Part shown: positions 26,272-40,359 of the stretch, piece after piece
How positions within the stretch are numbered: the first letter of the stretch is position 1
Layout of the letters: each line of letters opens with the position of its first letter
Assembly: GCF_963921235.1 (NCBI RefSeq)
Contig: NC_086097.1
Coordinates: 240,934,001-240,998,000, forward strand
Reading direction: 5' to 3'
Origin: Mobula hypostoma
Lineage: Eukaryota
Length of the DNA: 64,000 bases
Program-made: the position numbers and the translations under genes
Notes under the pieces: generated by a model
Told to the model about the DNA's origin: nothing
Databases searched by the model: none
The model's input: only the letters and a program-made list of their open reading frames with translations

Positions 26272-27034
26272 TCAGCAGGTCAGGCAGCATCTATGGAAAT
26301 GAATAAACAGTCAATGTTTCAGGCCAAGACCCTTCATCAAGTCATACCTCACTATCCCTCTTTTGTAAAACGACCTAATTTTTCTGTTGCAAGTTACTAA
26401 GTTCTTATAGTACAAATTAATGTTTCTATTGCAAGTTATAGCAACCTGTAAAGCCTGCACTGTATTGCTGCCACTAAAATAACAAACCTCACATGTCAAT
26501 AATATTAATCTTGGCTCCCATTCTAATGTTTTCTGTTTGCAACACAATATAAATACTTGTCCCTTCAATGCATTGCTTTCACCTTAATCATGAGATTTCT
26601 CATTTTAATCTTCAGTGATGCCATCATAAAAGGAGCCTTTATTCATAAAAACCCTCTAGGACATTCCAAAAGAGCCACACATACAATAACTTGCCTTTGA
26701 AGTAGCTGCTGCTGTTATGCAAGAATTCATGACAATCTATTTGTACATGGTCAGAACCCAGAAACAAAAAATAATATTAGTGGCACAAGAAAATCTGAAG
26801 ATGCTGGAAATCCAAAGCAACAGACACAAAATGCTGGAGGAACTCAGCAAGTCAGGCAGAATCTATGGAAATAATCCAACAGTCGGTGTTTTGGACCGAG
26901 GCCCCTCTTCAGGACCGGAAAGGAAGGGGGAAGATGCCAAGAGTAACAAGGTGGGGGAAAGGGAAGGAGGAGAGCTAGAAGGTGATAGGTGAAACCAGGT
27001 GGGTGAGAAAGGAATCTGATAAGAAAGGAGAGTG

Positions 27035-27740
27035 CTAACGTACCGGTGACCCCTATTTCCATCCAGGGGGTCAGTGTGGACATGGTGGAGGATTACAGAT
27101 ACCTAGGGATACGAGTTGACAATAAACTGGACTGGTCAAAGAACACTGAGGCTGTCTACAAGAAGGGTCAGAGCCGTCTCTATTTCCTGAGGAGACTGAG
27201 GTCCTTTAACATCTGCCGGACGATGCTGAGGATGTGCCACGAGTCTGTGGTGGCCAGTGCTATCATGTTTGCTGTTGTGTGCTGGGGCAGCAGGCTGAGG
27301 GTAGCAGACACCAACAGAATCAACAAACTCATTCATAAGGCCAGTGATGTTGTGGGGATGGAACTGGACTCTCTCACAGTGGTGTCTGAAAAGAGGATGC
27401 TGTCCAAGTTGCATGCCATCTTGGACAATGTCTCCCATCCACTACATAATGTACTGGGTGGGCACAGGAGTACATTCAGCCAGAGACTCATTCCACCAAG
27501 AAGCAACACAGAGCGTCATAGGAAGTCATTCCTGCCTGTGGCCATCAAACTTTACAACTCCTCCCTTGTGGGGTCAGACACCCTGAGCCAATAGGCGGGT
27601 CCTGGACTTATTTCCTGGCATAATTTACATATTACTATTTAACTATTTATGGTTTTATTACTATTTATTATTTATGGAGCAACTGTAACAAAAACCAATT
27701 TCCCCCAGGATCAATAAAGTATAACTATGACTATAACTAT
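27035..27740 (+). mobile_element. Young 5'-truncated Rex1/Babar LINE, inserted in a Penelope-like fragment
   Basis: Open ORF 27046..27594 (YRYLGIRVDNKLDW..KKGQSRLYFLRRLR..TERHRKSFLPVAIKLYN), AATAAA, an actat-type repeat tail and a gagtg TSD (27030-27034 / 27741-27745). Confidence 0.9.
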
Positions 27741-28519
27741 GAGTGGACTACAGGAGAAAGGGAAGGAGGGGACCCCAGGGGAGGTGATAGGCAGGCGAGT
27801 AGAGGTAAGGGGCCAGATTGGGGAAATAGTACAAGAAGAGAGGTCTAAGGGACTTAGCCTGAAACATCGACTGCTTATTCATTGTCCTCCAAACACCTCA
27901 AGGTTAGGCTCCTTGGTATTAGGACTGCTTCCAGCTGACCAGTGAGTAGTTATTCTCTTGTATTAGTCTAGCCAGTCTGTGGTAGTTTGCCTCTTAATCT
28001 GCCCACAAACTTAGTTTCACTGAACGTATCTTTTACATTCCAGAAGGGTTAGGATTAGCAAGTTCCAGGCGTGCTGGGAGCATAGCAACACTTGTGGGCT
28101 GCCCCCAGCGCTTCCTCAAACATGTTGGTCATTGACACAAACGATGCATTTCACTGGATGTTTCAAATAAAGCCGAAGTACATGTGACAAATGAAACTAA
28201 TCTTTACATTACCTTTTTTTTTTGGAGCAGATGGTCTGATCTCTTCAGATTAATAGCCACACGCAGCTGCGTCCTTAACATAAGATACCATTCAAGAGAA
28301 GTAACTAGGGAAACTTTACCTGGAAGTGAAGGAACTCTTGAATTGGTGACTTGAAGCTTAGCCAAGGAAGTGCATTGGTGGGGGTGGGGGGGGTGGGGGG
28401 AGGATTTCTTTTAAAAAATGAGAAGAGTGATAGAGAAGATTTAGGGAAAGAATTCCAGAAAATATGAAGCATCCACTGCTGAATGTACAACCACCTACAC
28501 AAGTATAGCTCTGCTGCTG

Positions 28520-29015
28520 CAATAGAACACAACAGCAGATTACAGAGCCTTTGGCCCACACGGTTGTGCCAACCTTTTAGCTTACTCCAGGATGAATCTA
28601 ACCCTTCCCTTCTACATAGCCCTCCATTTTTCTATCATCGATATCCAAGAGTTTCTGAAATGACCCTAAAATATCTGCCTCCATCACTAACTCTGGCAGA
28701 ATGCTCGAAGCACCCACCACTGTGCAAGAAACATGCCTCTGACATCCCCACTATGCTTTCCTCCAATCACCTTAACATTATGCCCTTCATTTTAGCCATT
28801 TCCACCCTGGGAAAAAGTCTCTGGCTATCCACTCTTATCACCTTCTACACCTCACAGGGAAAAGCCCCAGCTTGTTCAATGTTTCCCCATAAGACATGCC
28901 CTTTAGTCCAGGCATCATCCTGGTAAATCTCCTCCGCACCCTCTCTAAAGCTTCCACATCCTTCCTATAATGAGTCGACCAGAACTGAACACAACTCCAC
29001 GTGTGCTCTCACCAG
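28520..29015 (-). mobile_element. CR1 3' fragment
   Basis: Antisense CR1 C-terminus (YRKDVEALERVRRRFTRMMPGL) and 3' UTR. Confidence 0.75.
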
Positions 29016-30927
29016 GTGTATTTATTTGCAGATCAATAATCCAGATCAAAAGACCAGAATTCAAGATTTACAATGGCTGATTGAGATTTGAATTCCATTC
29101 TTCTTTCTTCTGATCTTATAATTTAGTGCTAGCTTCAGTCAGCCATCATGAAACTGTTCAGCTGTCACAAAGCCTGTACATCTTTCTCAGTCCTCCACAA
29201 GTGTGTTCAGTTTCTATCTGTCCAGTGAAATAAAGGAAAACTATTAACAATTCAAAGAGGTTAGGGTCGGGCAATATATGATGGTCTTATCATAACAATA
29301 TTTGAAGAATGAAACTCTCCAAGCTAGAATGAGCCTCCAAAAAAAATAAAATAAAATGAGTGGTGCGATAGCATCACGTTTCGGAAAAGTGGGGTTCAAT
29401 TCCCACCGTTTGTACATTTGCCCTTGTGCCCGCATGGGTTTCCTCCAGCTTCTTCCCACGTTTCTATGATGCAGGGGTCGGAGTTAGTGAGTTGTGGACA
29501 TGCCATATTGGTGCCAGAAAAGTGCCGACGCTTGCGGGCTGCCCCCTCAGCACATTCCTCAGACTGTGTTGGTCGTTGTCGCAAATGACACATTTCACTG
29601 CAAGTTTTGATGTTTTTGCTGCAAATACAGTTAATTTTTAATCCTGCTAGAGGATTTTAACCCAGGAATAACAGAATTAAACCAGCAGATTCAAACTGAC
29701 ACTTCACATAAGCTTCCATATATTTGATGAACATGGAGACAGTTGGTGCTACTGAAAGCTGTGTCCGCAGCCCCCCACCCCCATTCTCCCTCACATATAA
29801 ATGAAAAGCATAGAACTGTTGTAAAATATTACCAGGAAAAGTCTTCAAGACTGTGATCTAATCTCAGTCATTTACCATTTAAACTGCACAGTTAGATTAC
29901 TGCCTTGTAATCACTCCCAGCCATCCAGAAGTGTTTAGTTGATGGATGATTTGATAAGATTCGCCATAAGTGAAAAATAATGAAGCAAAAGCTAGACTTT
30001 TTTTTTGCGATTTGCTGCTGGGCATCGAGCCAACTAGATCTCTGAAGTACATTGCCAGCACAAAAAAAAAATGCAAAAACCAATTTTGAGGGCTTTGCAG
30101 GCATTTGTCATTTAAAGCAGATTAAGAAAAGTGACACCAGGTGAGTATCTGCTGACCTGAACTAGCACTTTTCAAACGGGACTTATTTTTAAACTTGTGC
30201 AGGTCTGCTGTCTAAAAGTCTCACCAGACAGGCAGAGAAAAACATTTAAAACTAGACAGGTGCACAAGGTGAAAGAATTTTTCGAAAATTGATATCAACT
30301 CAAAACTGTTGAATCATTATACTTTTGCTTCATGCAATTCCAAAGCTGACATCACATTGCAAAAATATTTTTTTTTGGAAGACTGCAGAGTGCCACAAGT
30401 GGATTAATTGTCAGACCACACTCACGGTCACACAAAGTGTTGTGCGACCATTTTAAATTCCACCCAAACAATAGTGACCGAAACTACGTTCCCTTTGTTC
30501 AGAAGTTAGGCAGGGGATATCATATGTCTTTCTGTGTCATATAGCAGCTAGTGCCACAGGCAAGGCTGAGTATACAAATTCAAGAGCAACTTCATCCTGA
30601 ATAAGTTACGGCTACCTTCACCAATTCAGACAAAAGCTTGTATTATACTGGGTGCATTCAGTACCCTGTATGTATGTAACACTTGTAAACCATGATAGAA
30701 AATCACTAAATTACCATGAAATCACTTAAACACAAATAAGGATTTTTCTGTTCTGGATCCCTGGTATCTCACAAGTTTTACAAATGGCCTTCCACACCTA
30801 TTAAGTTACAAGATACAAGGCTGTGTGCAGACTCCATTCTATATAGGAATGAGGAGAAGTGAACACAGAAATAATCAGTTATGCCTGAACATAGGTTCTT
30901 TACAGATCACTATGTTGGGAATCAAAG

Positions 30928-31515
30928 TACCACACTCAAACTGCTGGAGGAACTCAGCAGGCCAGACAGCATCTATGGAAAGGAGTAAACAGTCGCTGTT
31001 TCAGGCCGAGACCCTTCATCAGGACTGGGGAAAAAAAAAGGTGAGAAGTAAGGTAAGAAGGTGGGAGAGGGCAGGGAGAAACACAAGGTGACAGGTGAGA
31101 CTGGGAAAGGAGGAGGGGTGAAGTAAAGAGCTGGGAAGTCAACTGGTGAAAGAAATAAACGGCTGGAGAAGGGGGAATCTGATAGGAGAGGACAGAAGAC
31201 CATGGAAGGGAAGGGGGAGGGACACCAGAAGGAAGTAATAGGCAGGTATGGAGATAAGGTGACAGACAGGAAGGGGGAATGATGAAGTGAAAGAGGTGGG
31301 CCTTCCCGGAAGTTCAAGAAATCGCTGCTCATTCCGTCAGGTTGGAAGGCTACTCAGAAGGAATTCAAGGCGTTGTTCCTCTGACCTGAGTGGCCTAACC
31401 ACAGCAGTAGAGGAGGCCATGGACTGGCATGTCGGAATGGGAAGTAGAATTGAAACGGGTGGCTACCAGGAGATCTCAATTTTTCCAAGCATAGATGCTC
31501 AGCGAAGTGGTCTCC
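30928..31515 (-). mobile_element. Penelope-like element 3' region (GIY-YIG remnant, pyrimidine tract, hammerhead remnant)
   Basis: Antisense homologue of 57386-58027. Hammerhead-like motif at 30990-31027. Confidence 0.75.
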
Positions 31516-31576
31516 CAACTCAAAATATATTTTGCTTAGAGACACCTCGAATATTTTGCAGAAAACTTCCCTAAAG

Positions 31577-31656
31577 CAGAGGATCCCAACCATTTTTATG
31601 CCATGGACCAATACCATTATGCAAGGGATCTGTGGATCCCAGGCTGTGAACCCCTG
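31577..31656. mobile_element. 80-bp hAT (Charlie-like) MITE, copy 1
   Basis: Termini CAGAGGATCCCAAC...GCTGTGAACCCCTG. 8-bp TSD ccctaaag / ccctagag. Confidence 0.8.
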
Positions 31657-32439
31657 CCCTAGAGAGTAGAAAAATGAGGAGAGATCTGATACAGGTTTAC
31701 AAAATTATGAGGGCTACGGTTAACATAAATGCAAGCGAGCATTTTCCACTGAGGTTTGGTGAGGTTACAATGAGAGGTCATTGGCTAAAGGTGAAAGGTG
31801 AAATATTTAAAGGGGGAACTTCTTGACAGTGGAAAGAGTATGGAATGAATTGCCACCATAAATGGTGATTATGGATTTCATTTCAAATTTGTTAAAGTAC
31901 AAAGGTAGAGGGGGTTTGGAGAGTTATGGTGGGACTAGGTAGAATAGTAGTTCAGCGTAAGACTAGAAGGGCCAAAAGGCCTGTCCTGTGCTCTAGTGCT
32001 TATTGATTCGATGACACTAAAAATTCTACAGTACTTTTCATGCATACGCATCAATTACTCCTCCCACTCTGTCAGGCTGATTAACTACTCCACCCGTTAA
32101 CTCACCCGACTACCATTATAGGCACTCCTCTCTCCACAGTCCCTCAACGCACTCCATCCCTCCCCCAATTCACTGCATCTTTACACTTACACACCACACC
32201 TCATACCCACACTGACCTACTGCGTTTTCATAAGCCCTGCAGTTACCTCAAAAAATTTCTTGTCAAGAGCCAAATTGTCACTTTATGGTTTCCTGTCAGG
32301 GTCATCTTATGTTCAGCTATGCCTGTGACTTGTGTCACTTCATGTATGTACAATCAGTATATGTATCTAATCTAATGTACAATATATACAATGGCCACAC
32401 TCAGTTACATGTACACTGTGTTTGATAGGATTGCATTCA

Positions 32440-33010
32440 TAGAACCTAGAAAACCTACAGCACAATACAGGCCCTTCAGCCCACAAAGCTGTGCCAAACA
32501 TGTACTTACTTTAGAAATTACCTAGGGATACCCATAGCTCCCTATTTTCCTAAGCTCCATGTACCTGTCCAATGAGTCTCTTAAAAGACCCTATCGTACC
32601 CACCTCCACCACCATCACTGCATTCCACGCACTCACCACTCTCAGTGTAAAAAAAAAACTTACCCCTGATATCTCCTCAGTACCTACTTTCAAGCACCTT
32701 AAAACTGTGCCCTCTCGTGTTAGCCATTTCAGCCCTGGGAAAAAGCCTCTGACTATCCACATGATCAATGCCTCTCATCATCTTATACATCTCTGTCAGG
32801 TCACCTCTCATCCTCTATCACTCCAAGGAGAAACGGCCGAGTTCACTCAGCCTATTCTCATAGGCATGTTCCCCAATCCAGGCAACATCCTTGTAAATCT
32901 CCTCTGCACCCTTTCTATAGTTTCCACATCCTTCCTGTAGTGAGGTGATCAGAACTGAACGCAGTACTCCAAGTGGGGTCTGTCCAGGGTCCTATATAGC
33001 TGTAACTATA
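32440..33010 (-). mobile_element. CR1 3' fragment
   Basis: Antisense RPHLEYCVQF*SPHYRKDVET..QRRFTRMLPGL, plus 3' UTR and a tag-type repeat tail. Confidence 0.85.
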
Positions 33011-36000
33011 TACTTACTGTGTTTTTCCACACATAGTGTTTTTATGCTGCCAGATCGAGGGTAACAATCTCCTTCACAGTCGTGTACTGAAGTCAAGAAT
33101 CTTGAATCACTGTTATCATCTCAGGAGGTACATAGGTGAACATTATAAAAGCGACACAGTATTTAGAGGCTATAGAGTGTGCACGTTCCTCGCGTGGTGG
33201 CACAAGTTTCCCCGGGCACTTCGGTCTCCTTCTGTATCCCAGGGAATTGCAGGTGGGCCAACTGGCTTTGTGAATTAACGGCTGTGGAGGTGAGTGGTTG
33301 GAGAACCAGGGAAGAGTGAATGAAAGAACAGGTTACACGGAGAAATAAGTGGGGAAAATGGAACCGATAGGAATGTCCTGAGAGCTAGCATAGACTTGAC
33401 GGGCCAAATGGGTTCCTCTTTGCTCAGGCAGCTGAGGAGGCCAAGTCATTGCGTTTATATTATTCAGTAAGGATGTCGAAGGTTATGCGGAGAAGGCTGG
33501 AGAGATAATAATTCACTCACGGGGGAATGGTGGGGCAGACTTGATAAGCCGAATGGCCTAATTCAGCTCATAGGTGTTATGGTCTTATACAATGGCAAGC
33601 CTGCTTTATATACTCTTCATACAGATCAAATCATTACAACAGTACATTGAGGTAGAACAAAGCAAAACAAGAAAGGCATCTCGAATAAAGTGTTAACAGG
33701 TACAGAGAAAGCGCAGTGTAGTAGGCAAGGCCTAATTCTGCTCCTGCGTCTTGTGGAAAGGAGTGACTTTCAATGAAATTAAATCTGCATTGCAGTCACG
33801 ATCATGGTAAATCAAGTTAAGCAAAGTGGAATAATTCATCTCTCCAGTGCACTGCTCATGTTGGCTATTTATTGTGGATTAGCGAAGTACGTGAATTAAT
33901 GGTGCGTGCGCTTCGAGCTGGGCCATGCCCTGAGAAAACACGGTCAATTTTGAGCAAGTCAATAACAGCAAAAGTAAACCCGACACGGGCACAAATAAAT
34001 GAAAGAACACTGTCAAAGTGATGAGAGACACAATTAAGTTAAAGTAAAATACTCAGTTCACACTAGCGTAAAACAAAGAAGAAATTCAGTAGCAGTGTTG
34101 CTGAAAATTAATATCTCACTCTATTCTGTAAGAGGTGAGATAATGGAAACATTTTCTCAAGGGGTTTTAGTACTTATCAAGCTACAATACCTGCTGGGAA
34201 CCATGACAAAAAGGTATGTGACTCAGTCAGGTTGCCTAGTTTTTCCAGATACAAACTGATCTCAAAATCCAAGTTGTATAACCAGATCTTAACATTAATA
34301 TCAAAACAAACATTACCCCAGAGGCAATGTGTACAATGTGCATTATCTGCGTAATTCTCGCTCCCTGCAACAAGTGACTTGGCTAGATTCCAGTGTGCAT
34401 TATGCTAATGGTTCACAATATTTATTTATTTATCGTGTTACAGTGTGGAATAGGCCCTTCAAGCCGTTCAGCCCAGTAATGCCTCAATTTAATCCTAGCC
34501 CAATCACGGGACAATTTACAATGACCTACTAACCTACTAGCCGGTATGTTTTTGGACTGTGGGAGGAAACCAGAACAGCCAGCAAAAACCCAGAGTCACG
34601 GAGAGAATATACACACCCCTTACAGGCAGTTTACCAGATTGCAGTGATACCAGATTATAACCCATCATTAACACAGCAGAGGGCCATTCGGCCCAAGGTA
34701 CGAGAAAAGCCCTACTCTTGCTCCACAGGCTCGCAACGCTTTGTCACTAATAACCTCCTGAAATCTTCACCGAGCCCACCTCTGCCTTTGCTCCCGTTTG
34801 AAGTGTATCCCATTCCAAATTAATTACATCATCGCCCCTTTTTTCCATGCTCAATCTCAGGTTACTAACCCTTATCCTAGTAGATCCAGTTTCTTCCTGA
34901 CAACACAATGGAACAGCAACACAAAAGAAAAATGTTGTGGGTGCTCACGCCATCTTAAAAGGCATCTTCCTCCAGGCAGTTAATCTGATCAACCACTCAA
35001 GTTGTCTCCCCCATCCCCCTCTGTCCATTACCCCCACCACTGCATTGTAAATAATTTAAACCACTCTTATAATGCTGTTTACACTGTAAATATATGACAT
35101 TATGTATTTACGCACATTTTATTCCATATCCATACCTTCAGCTCTATTTTTTATATAATTCTTTATCCGTATAATTGCAGATTGTTTTTTACTGTTGCAT
35201 GTCGCACCAACACACCACAGCAAATTCATAATACGTGTAAATGTATATGGCAAATAAAGTTGATCCACGTTGTTTGAAATCTGAAGTAAAAATAGAACTG
35301 CTAAAATGCTCAGCCGTTTCAACGGGTCGACACATTAACGTAGTAGTTAGCAAGTCACTTCATCGTGCCAGCAATTACTAATCGGGCTTCAATTCTGTGA
35401 TGAAACTTCATGTCAAAGACCTTTGGTCAAATAGATCCTTCATTAGATACTGCTATTAGTTTGAATCTTAAGTCGAGGGTCAGCCACGTTAAATTTCTCA
35501 GTGTTATCATTTCTAAGGACCTGTCCTGGGCCCAGCAGGAAAGTGCAATTTTGAAGAAAGCACAGCAGCGCTTCCACTTCCTTACAAGTTTGCAAAAGAT
35601 TCTGCACGTTATTCTATATCTGTACCTTAACCTCCAACTTTATTTTTATTTTATTTATTTATTTTTATAAATAAGACAGCAACTGGGCTGCAAGATGAAG
35701 ACAGGAGGGTATGGAACTGAGGGGGGTGTATCTGGGACGCCGGGTAGCACCGTTGAGCCCTCTGGAGACGTCGTGGGCTTATCAGCAAAACGTCAAAGAA
35801 GGAGGGTGCCCACCTGATGACCCCGATGACGTACCTACCCTCCCTCCTTGTCACCACTCCAAACCCACTGCCAACATTGAGAGTGCCAATTTACCATAGG
35901 GATTGAAACATCAAGTCCTGGTAGCTCTACTTTATTCCTTATAATTGTTGAATATCTTTTTTGCTGCATATCAAACCAATGTACCACAAAAAAATTCCTA

Positions 36001-37453
36001 ATACATGTAAATGTAAATTGCTAATAAAACTGATCCCTGATCCTTATGAAATAAGCACTAGACAAGTTTATGAAGTTAAGAAAAGATTTTCTTCCACATC
36101 AATCTGTATTAACTGATTCCACCAAAAGCACAGAAAAGGTGCACTCAATTTAATTTTACTTTGGATTACTTAAATTAAGTGCCTTCATGTCAGAACTTTG
36201 CTACGGCAACTAGTCTGTTTTCCAATGCAGGAGTGCAAATCAATAATCCTTGGAGACCTGTGGAAGTATTATGACTTAACTAACACACTCTCCATATAAT
36301 GATGCACAGTGAAGCTGTTTTATGACACTGCCAATACTCTCGTTAACACTGATTATATTTTATATTAACAAGGGGTTTTAGTCGTAAAACAAATTGCAAT
36401 GTAAAATACACAACATTCTGATAAGTGCCATTGCAGAAGCAAGCTGATATATTTCAGGGCAGAAATGTTTTTCTTAGTAGCTTTTACCACTCCAAACACA
36501 TCACCATGTAACAGTACTCAAATTCATTCACTACAGTTTTGCTCATAGTTGCATTTCTATCTTAAATTGAATTTTAGATCTTGATTGCTAGCTTATTTTC
36601 ACATAGTTACTGTGTACATTTACCTAAGTAGAAAAGCCTGCAGAATGTCTCTTTGTTACTCGGATCTGGAACCTGTTCCACACACTAGAAGTTACGCACT
36701 TTGGTAATGTCATGCATTACTTTAAAAACTAGACCAGGGCTCTGGGAAGTTGTTACGCTCTGGGAAGACTTGCAAGAATTTTGTATTGCATGGACTGCCG
36801 TACTTGGCAAAGTCCTGACAAGTAACGGATTGCAGAATCAATCCCAACTTTAGTGTTGGAACTAATACAAATAGGATTGAATATCAGGAAATCTCTCCCT
36901 CTCTCTTGCACACTACTCGCTCAAAATTGCGTTCAACATTGGGTCATGTTTCCTTTGTTGCGCGTGTCGCCCCTGCAGTTTGGTGAAAAACAAACAAAAT
37001 AAATCATTTCATTACTGCTTTACTTTTACACCAGACTCGCGATGAACTGAGTCTTGATAAGGGTCTTGGCTCAAAACGTCCACTGTTCCCTCTTTTCCAT
37101 AGACACTGCCTACACTGTCTGGCCTGCATTTTGTGTGCGTTTCTGAGTACAGGAGTGCGCCCCCCTCTCCCCACCTCGACAAGGAAGCGACTAGATCAGT
37201 TTTATAAAACGAGGAAACTATTTAAAGCATACAGCAAGTCACTGCTGATCTTACAAAGATTGTAAATCTTGACTATTTATAGCCATTCTACTCAATACAG
37301 TGCTGTTGTAATGTACTTGCACTTCCTTTAAGTGCACGGTTTATTTATACTTACATTTCTTTGCATTATCAAACTATTTTTCATGGTAATGAAGGCGAAG
37401 CTCCATGCATAGAAGTACATACTACCAACCTGGTTTCAATTTTTCTCTTAAAG

Positions 37454-37533
37454 CAGGTGTTCCCAACCTTTTTTATGCCATGGACCAATGCCATTAACCA
37501 ACTGGTCTGTGGACACCAGGTTGGGAATTCCTG
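37454..37533. mobile_element. 80-bp hAT MITE, copy 2
   Basis: CAGGTGTTCCCAAC...GTTGGGAATTCCTG; internal sequence homologous to 31577-31656. Confidence 0.8.
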
Positions 37534-37967
37534 GCTTAGAATGTTTTTCCAAGATGGCATCCCTTTCGTAAATTGAGGAATAGCTGTAGTGAGTTTTGAA
37601 ACACAGTAATAAATGTAAATTCTCAAAAGTTGGGAAAAAATTATTCAAAGTTCAAAGTAAATTAGCAAAGTATGCACATGTCACCATATACTACTGAGAC
37701 TCATTTTCTTGTGGGCATTAACAGTAAATACAAAGAAACACAATACAATCAACAAAAACAGCACACAACATGATGATCAACCAATGTGTAAAAGACTACA
37801 ACTTTGCAAATACAAAAAAAAAGGAAAAAAAAAGTAGCAACTAAGCAAGCAATAAATATTGAGATCATGAGATGAAGAGTCCTTGAAAGTGAGTCCAACT
37901 CAGCAGGAAGAATTCAGTAGGTTGAGTGAAGTTATTCCCTCTGGTTCAAGAGCCTGATGATGCAGGA

Positions 37968-38047
37968 CAGGGGTTCCCAACCTTTTGTGTGCCACGGACT
38001 GATACCATTAAGCAATAAGTCCATGAACCCCAGGCTGAGAACCCCTG
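37968..38047. mobile_element. 80-bp hAT MITE, copy 3
   Basis: CAGGGGTTCCCAAC...GCTGAGAACCCCTG. Confidence 0.8.
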
Positions 38048-38281
38048 ATATCAAAGAACACTTGTGAAAATAATTGACAATTTATCAAAGAAGGCTGATG
38101 CTTCCTTACAAAAGGCATTTGTTTGACAGTTAAACTCACTGATACATAAAGTGATAAACCCTAGATCCTGGTGTATTCTCAAAAACTTACTGTCATGTAA
38201 ATAGCTCAAGCTGAGTAATTGCTGTGTGGAAGATCAAATCAATCACAAGGTTGAACTTCAACTTGAAGGCTGCCTGTATTT

Positions 38282-38553
38282 GGGGCGGCACAGTGGCGCA
38301 TTGGTTAGCACAAAGCTTTAGAGTACCAGCAACCCGGGGTCCAATTCCTGCCATTGCCTGTAAGGAGTTTTACGTTCTCCCCATAATCGCGTGGGTTTCC
38401 TCTAGGTGCTCTGGTTTCCTCCCATAGTCCAAAGACATAATGGGTTAATTGGTCATTGTAAACATGATTAGGCTAGGATTAAATCAGGGTACTGCTGGAT
38501 ATCACGGCTCGAGGGACTAGAAGGACCTATTCCGTACTGTATCTCAATAAATA
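38282..38553 (+). mobile_element. V-SINE/HE1-like tRNA-derived SINE, near full length
   Basis: Head GGGGCGGCACAGTGGCGCATTGGTTAGC (A box), B-box-like 'gggtccaattcc', V-domain 'gcgtgggtttcctctaggtgctctggtttcctccca', and a CR1-like tail. Confidence 0.8.
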
Positions 38554-40359
38554 ATCACTACAACAGATGGACATGCGTTCCACTCAAACTATAGGGGGGT
38601 AATTTCACTCAACCTCACTCATCCCATCACTCACCACTAAACTGGACACATTTTCAAGGACTCTTCCTCTCATGTTCTTGATATTTATTTGCTTTTTTTT
38701 TCCATCTTCTTTTTGTATTTGCAGCTTGGTGCTTTTTTTTTTGCAGATTGGTTGCTGTCAGTCCCGTAGGGTGCGGTCTTTCATTGATTCTCTTGTGTTT
38801 CTTGGATTTACTGTGATTGCCCACAAGAAAAGGGAAGTCAGGGTTGCATATGGAGACAAATATGTACTTTGATAATAAACTTACTTTGAACTGGAACTTT
38901 GAATTTCATACCCTCTACCACATGAAAAGCATTCAGAATATTACGAAGAGCCAAATGATGCACAAACCTCTTTCTGGAAAAAGAACCTTTTTCTTTTGCC
39001 CAGTCCAGCTTTCACGCTATGTGGCTGACTCTTAACGATGGTTTCCAACACTCGTTGTTCAAAAAGTAATCACAAAATGCAGCAAAATCCTGAAGTGAGA
39101 TTAAGACAGGCTGCATCACTGTCTAGTATGGCAGGCCACTGCACAGGACCAAAAGAAGCTACAGAAAGTTGTAAAGTTAGTCAGCTCCATCTTGGGCACT
39201 AGCCTCCATAATATCCAGACATCTTTAAGGAGCGGTGCCTCAGAAAGGCAGTGTTCATTACTAAGGACCCCCATCACCCAGGTTATCCCCTTTTTGCTGT
39301 TACCATCCGGAAGGAGAACACTACCTCACTTGGTTTTTTAATCTATTATTTTTGTTTTGCACTATTTTAATCAAATTATTTAATACACATATACATTCAC
39401 TGTAATTGATTTACTCATTTTTTCTTTCCTATATTGTCATGCATTGCATTGCACTGCTGTTGCTAAGTTAACAAATTTCATGACATATGCCAGTGATGAT
39501 AAACCTGATTATGATTCTGATTCTGAAGTTATATTAACTTAGAATATTGTTTTCAGTTCTGTCACCTCATTATGGGAAGGATGTGGAAGCTCTAGAGGGT
39601 GTAGAGAAGATTTACCAGGATGCTGCCTGGATTAGAGAGCATGTGTTATGAGGACAGAGCAGCACACACAAAATGCCGGAAGAACAGAGCAGGTCAGGCA
39701 GCATCTATGGAAAAGAATAAACGGTTGACATTTCAAGCAGAGACCCTTCAGCAGGACTGACCATCAGGTCTTATAGGTTGAACAAGCTGGAGCTTTCTCT
39801 TTGGAGCAAATGAGGATGAGAAGTGACCCAATAGTAGTGTACAAAATAATAAGAGCCACAGCTAAAGTAGATAACCAGAGATCCTTTCCATGGCAGAAGT
39901 GGCTTATACATGGAGACATAATCTTAATGCAATTTGAAGAAAGTGCCGGGTATCTATCAGAGGTAAGTGAGTGGAACACCCTGCGAGCATTAGTGAAAGA
40001 GGCAGAGCTCTCTGATCTTCTGCCACTGGTCTTTTAAAGTTAAACAAACCCCTTCAAAAAGATAATTGGCAGATCAAATTTTTTCGAACTACGCTCCTAA
40101 ACCGTGGACCCTAAATGCACAGTTACAATGCGGTTATTCAATTCTTTATTGTAAATTTTAAAAATTACAAGAATTCACTCTAAACAACACTCGAGACTTC
40201 TCAAGTGTGGCTGCCTTTACAGTAAACATTCCATCAGCCAATGAGAGTGTTCTGGGCCACTCACAGCCAATGACGTATTAATTCACACCCTGCCTCCCCC
40301 GCGCGCGTAAACGTTCTTGCACCCTCGCCAATTTATTCCACTTTTTTCCCCCAACCATA

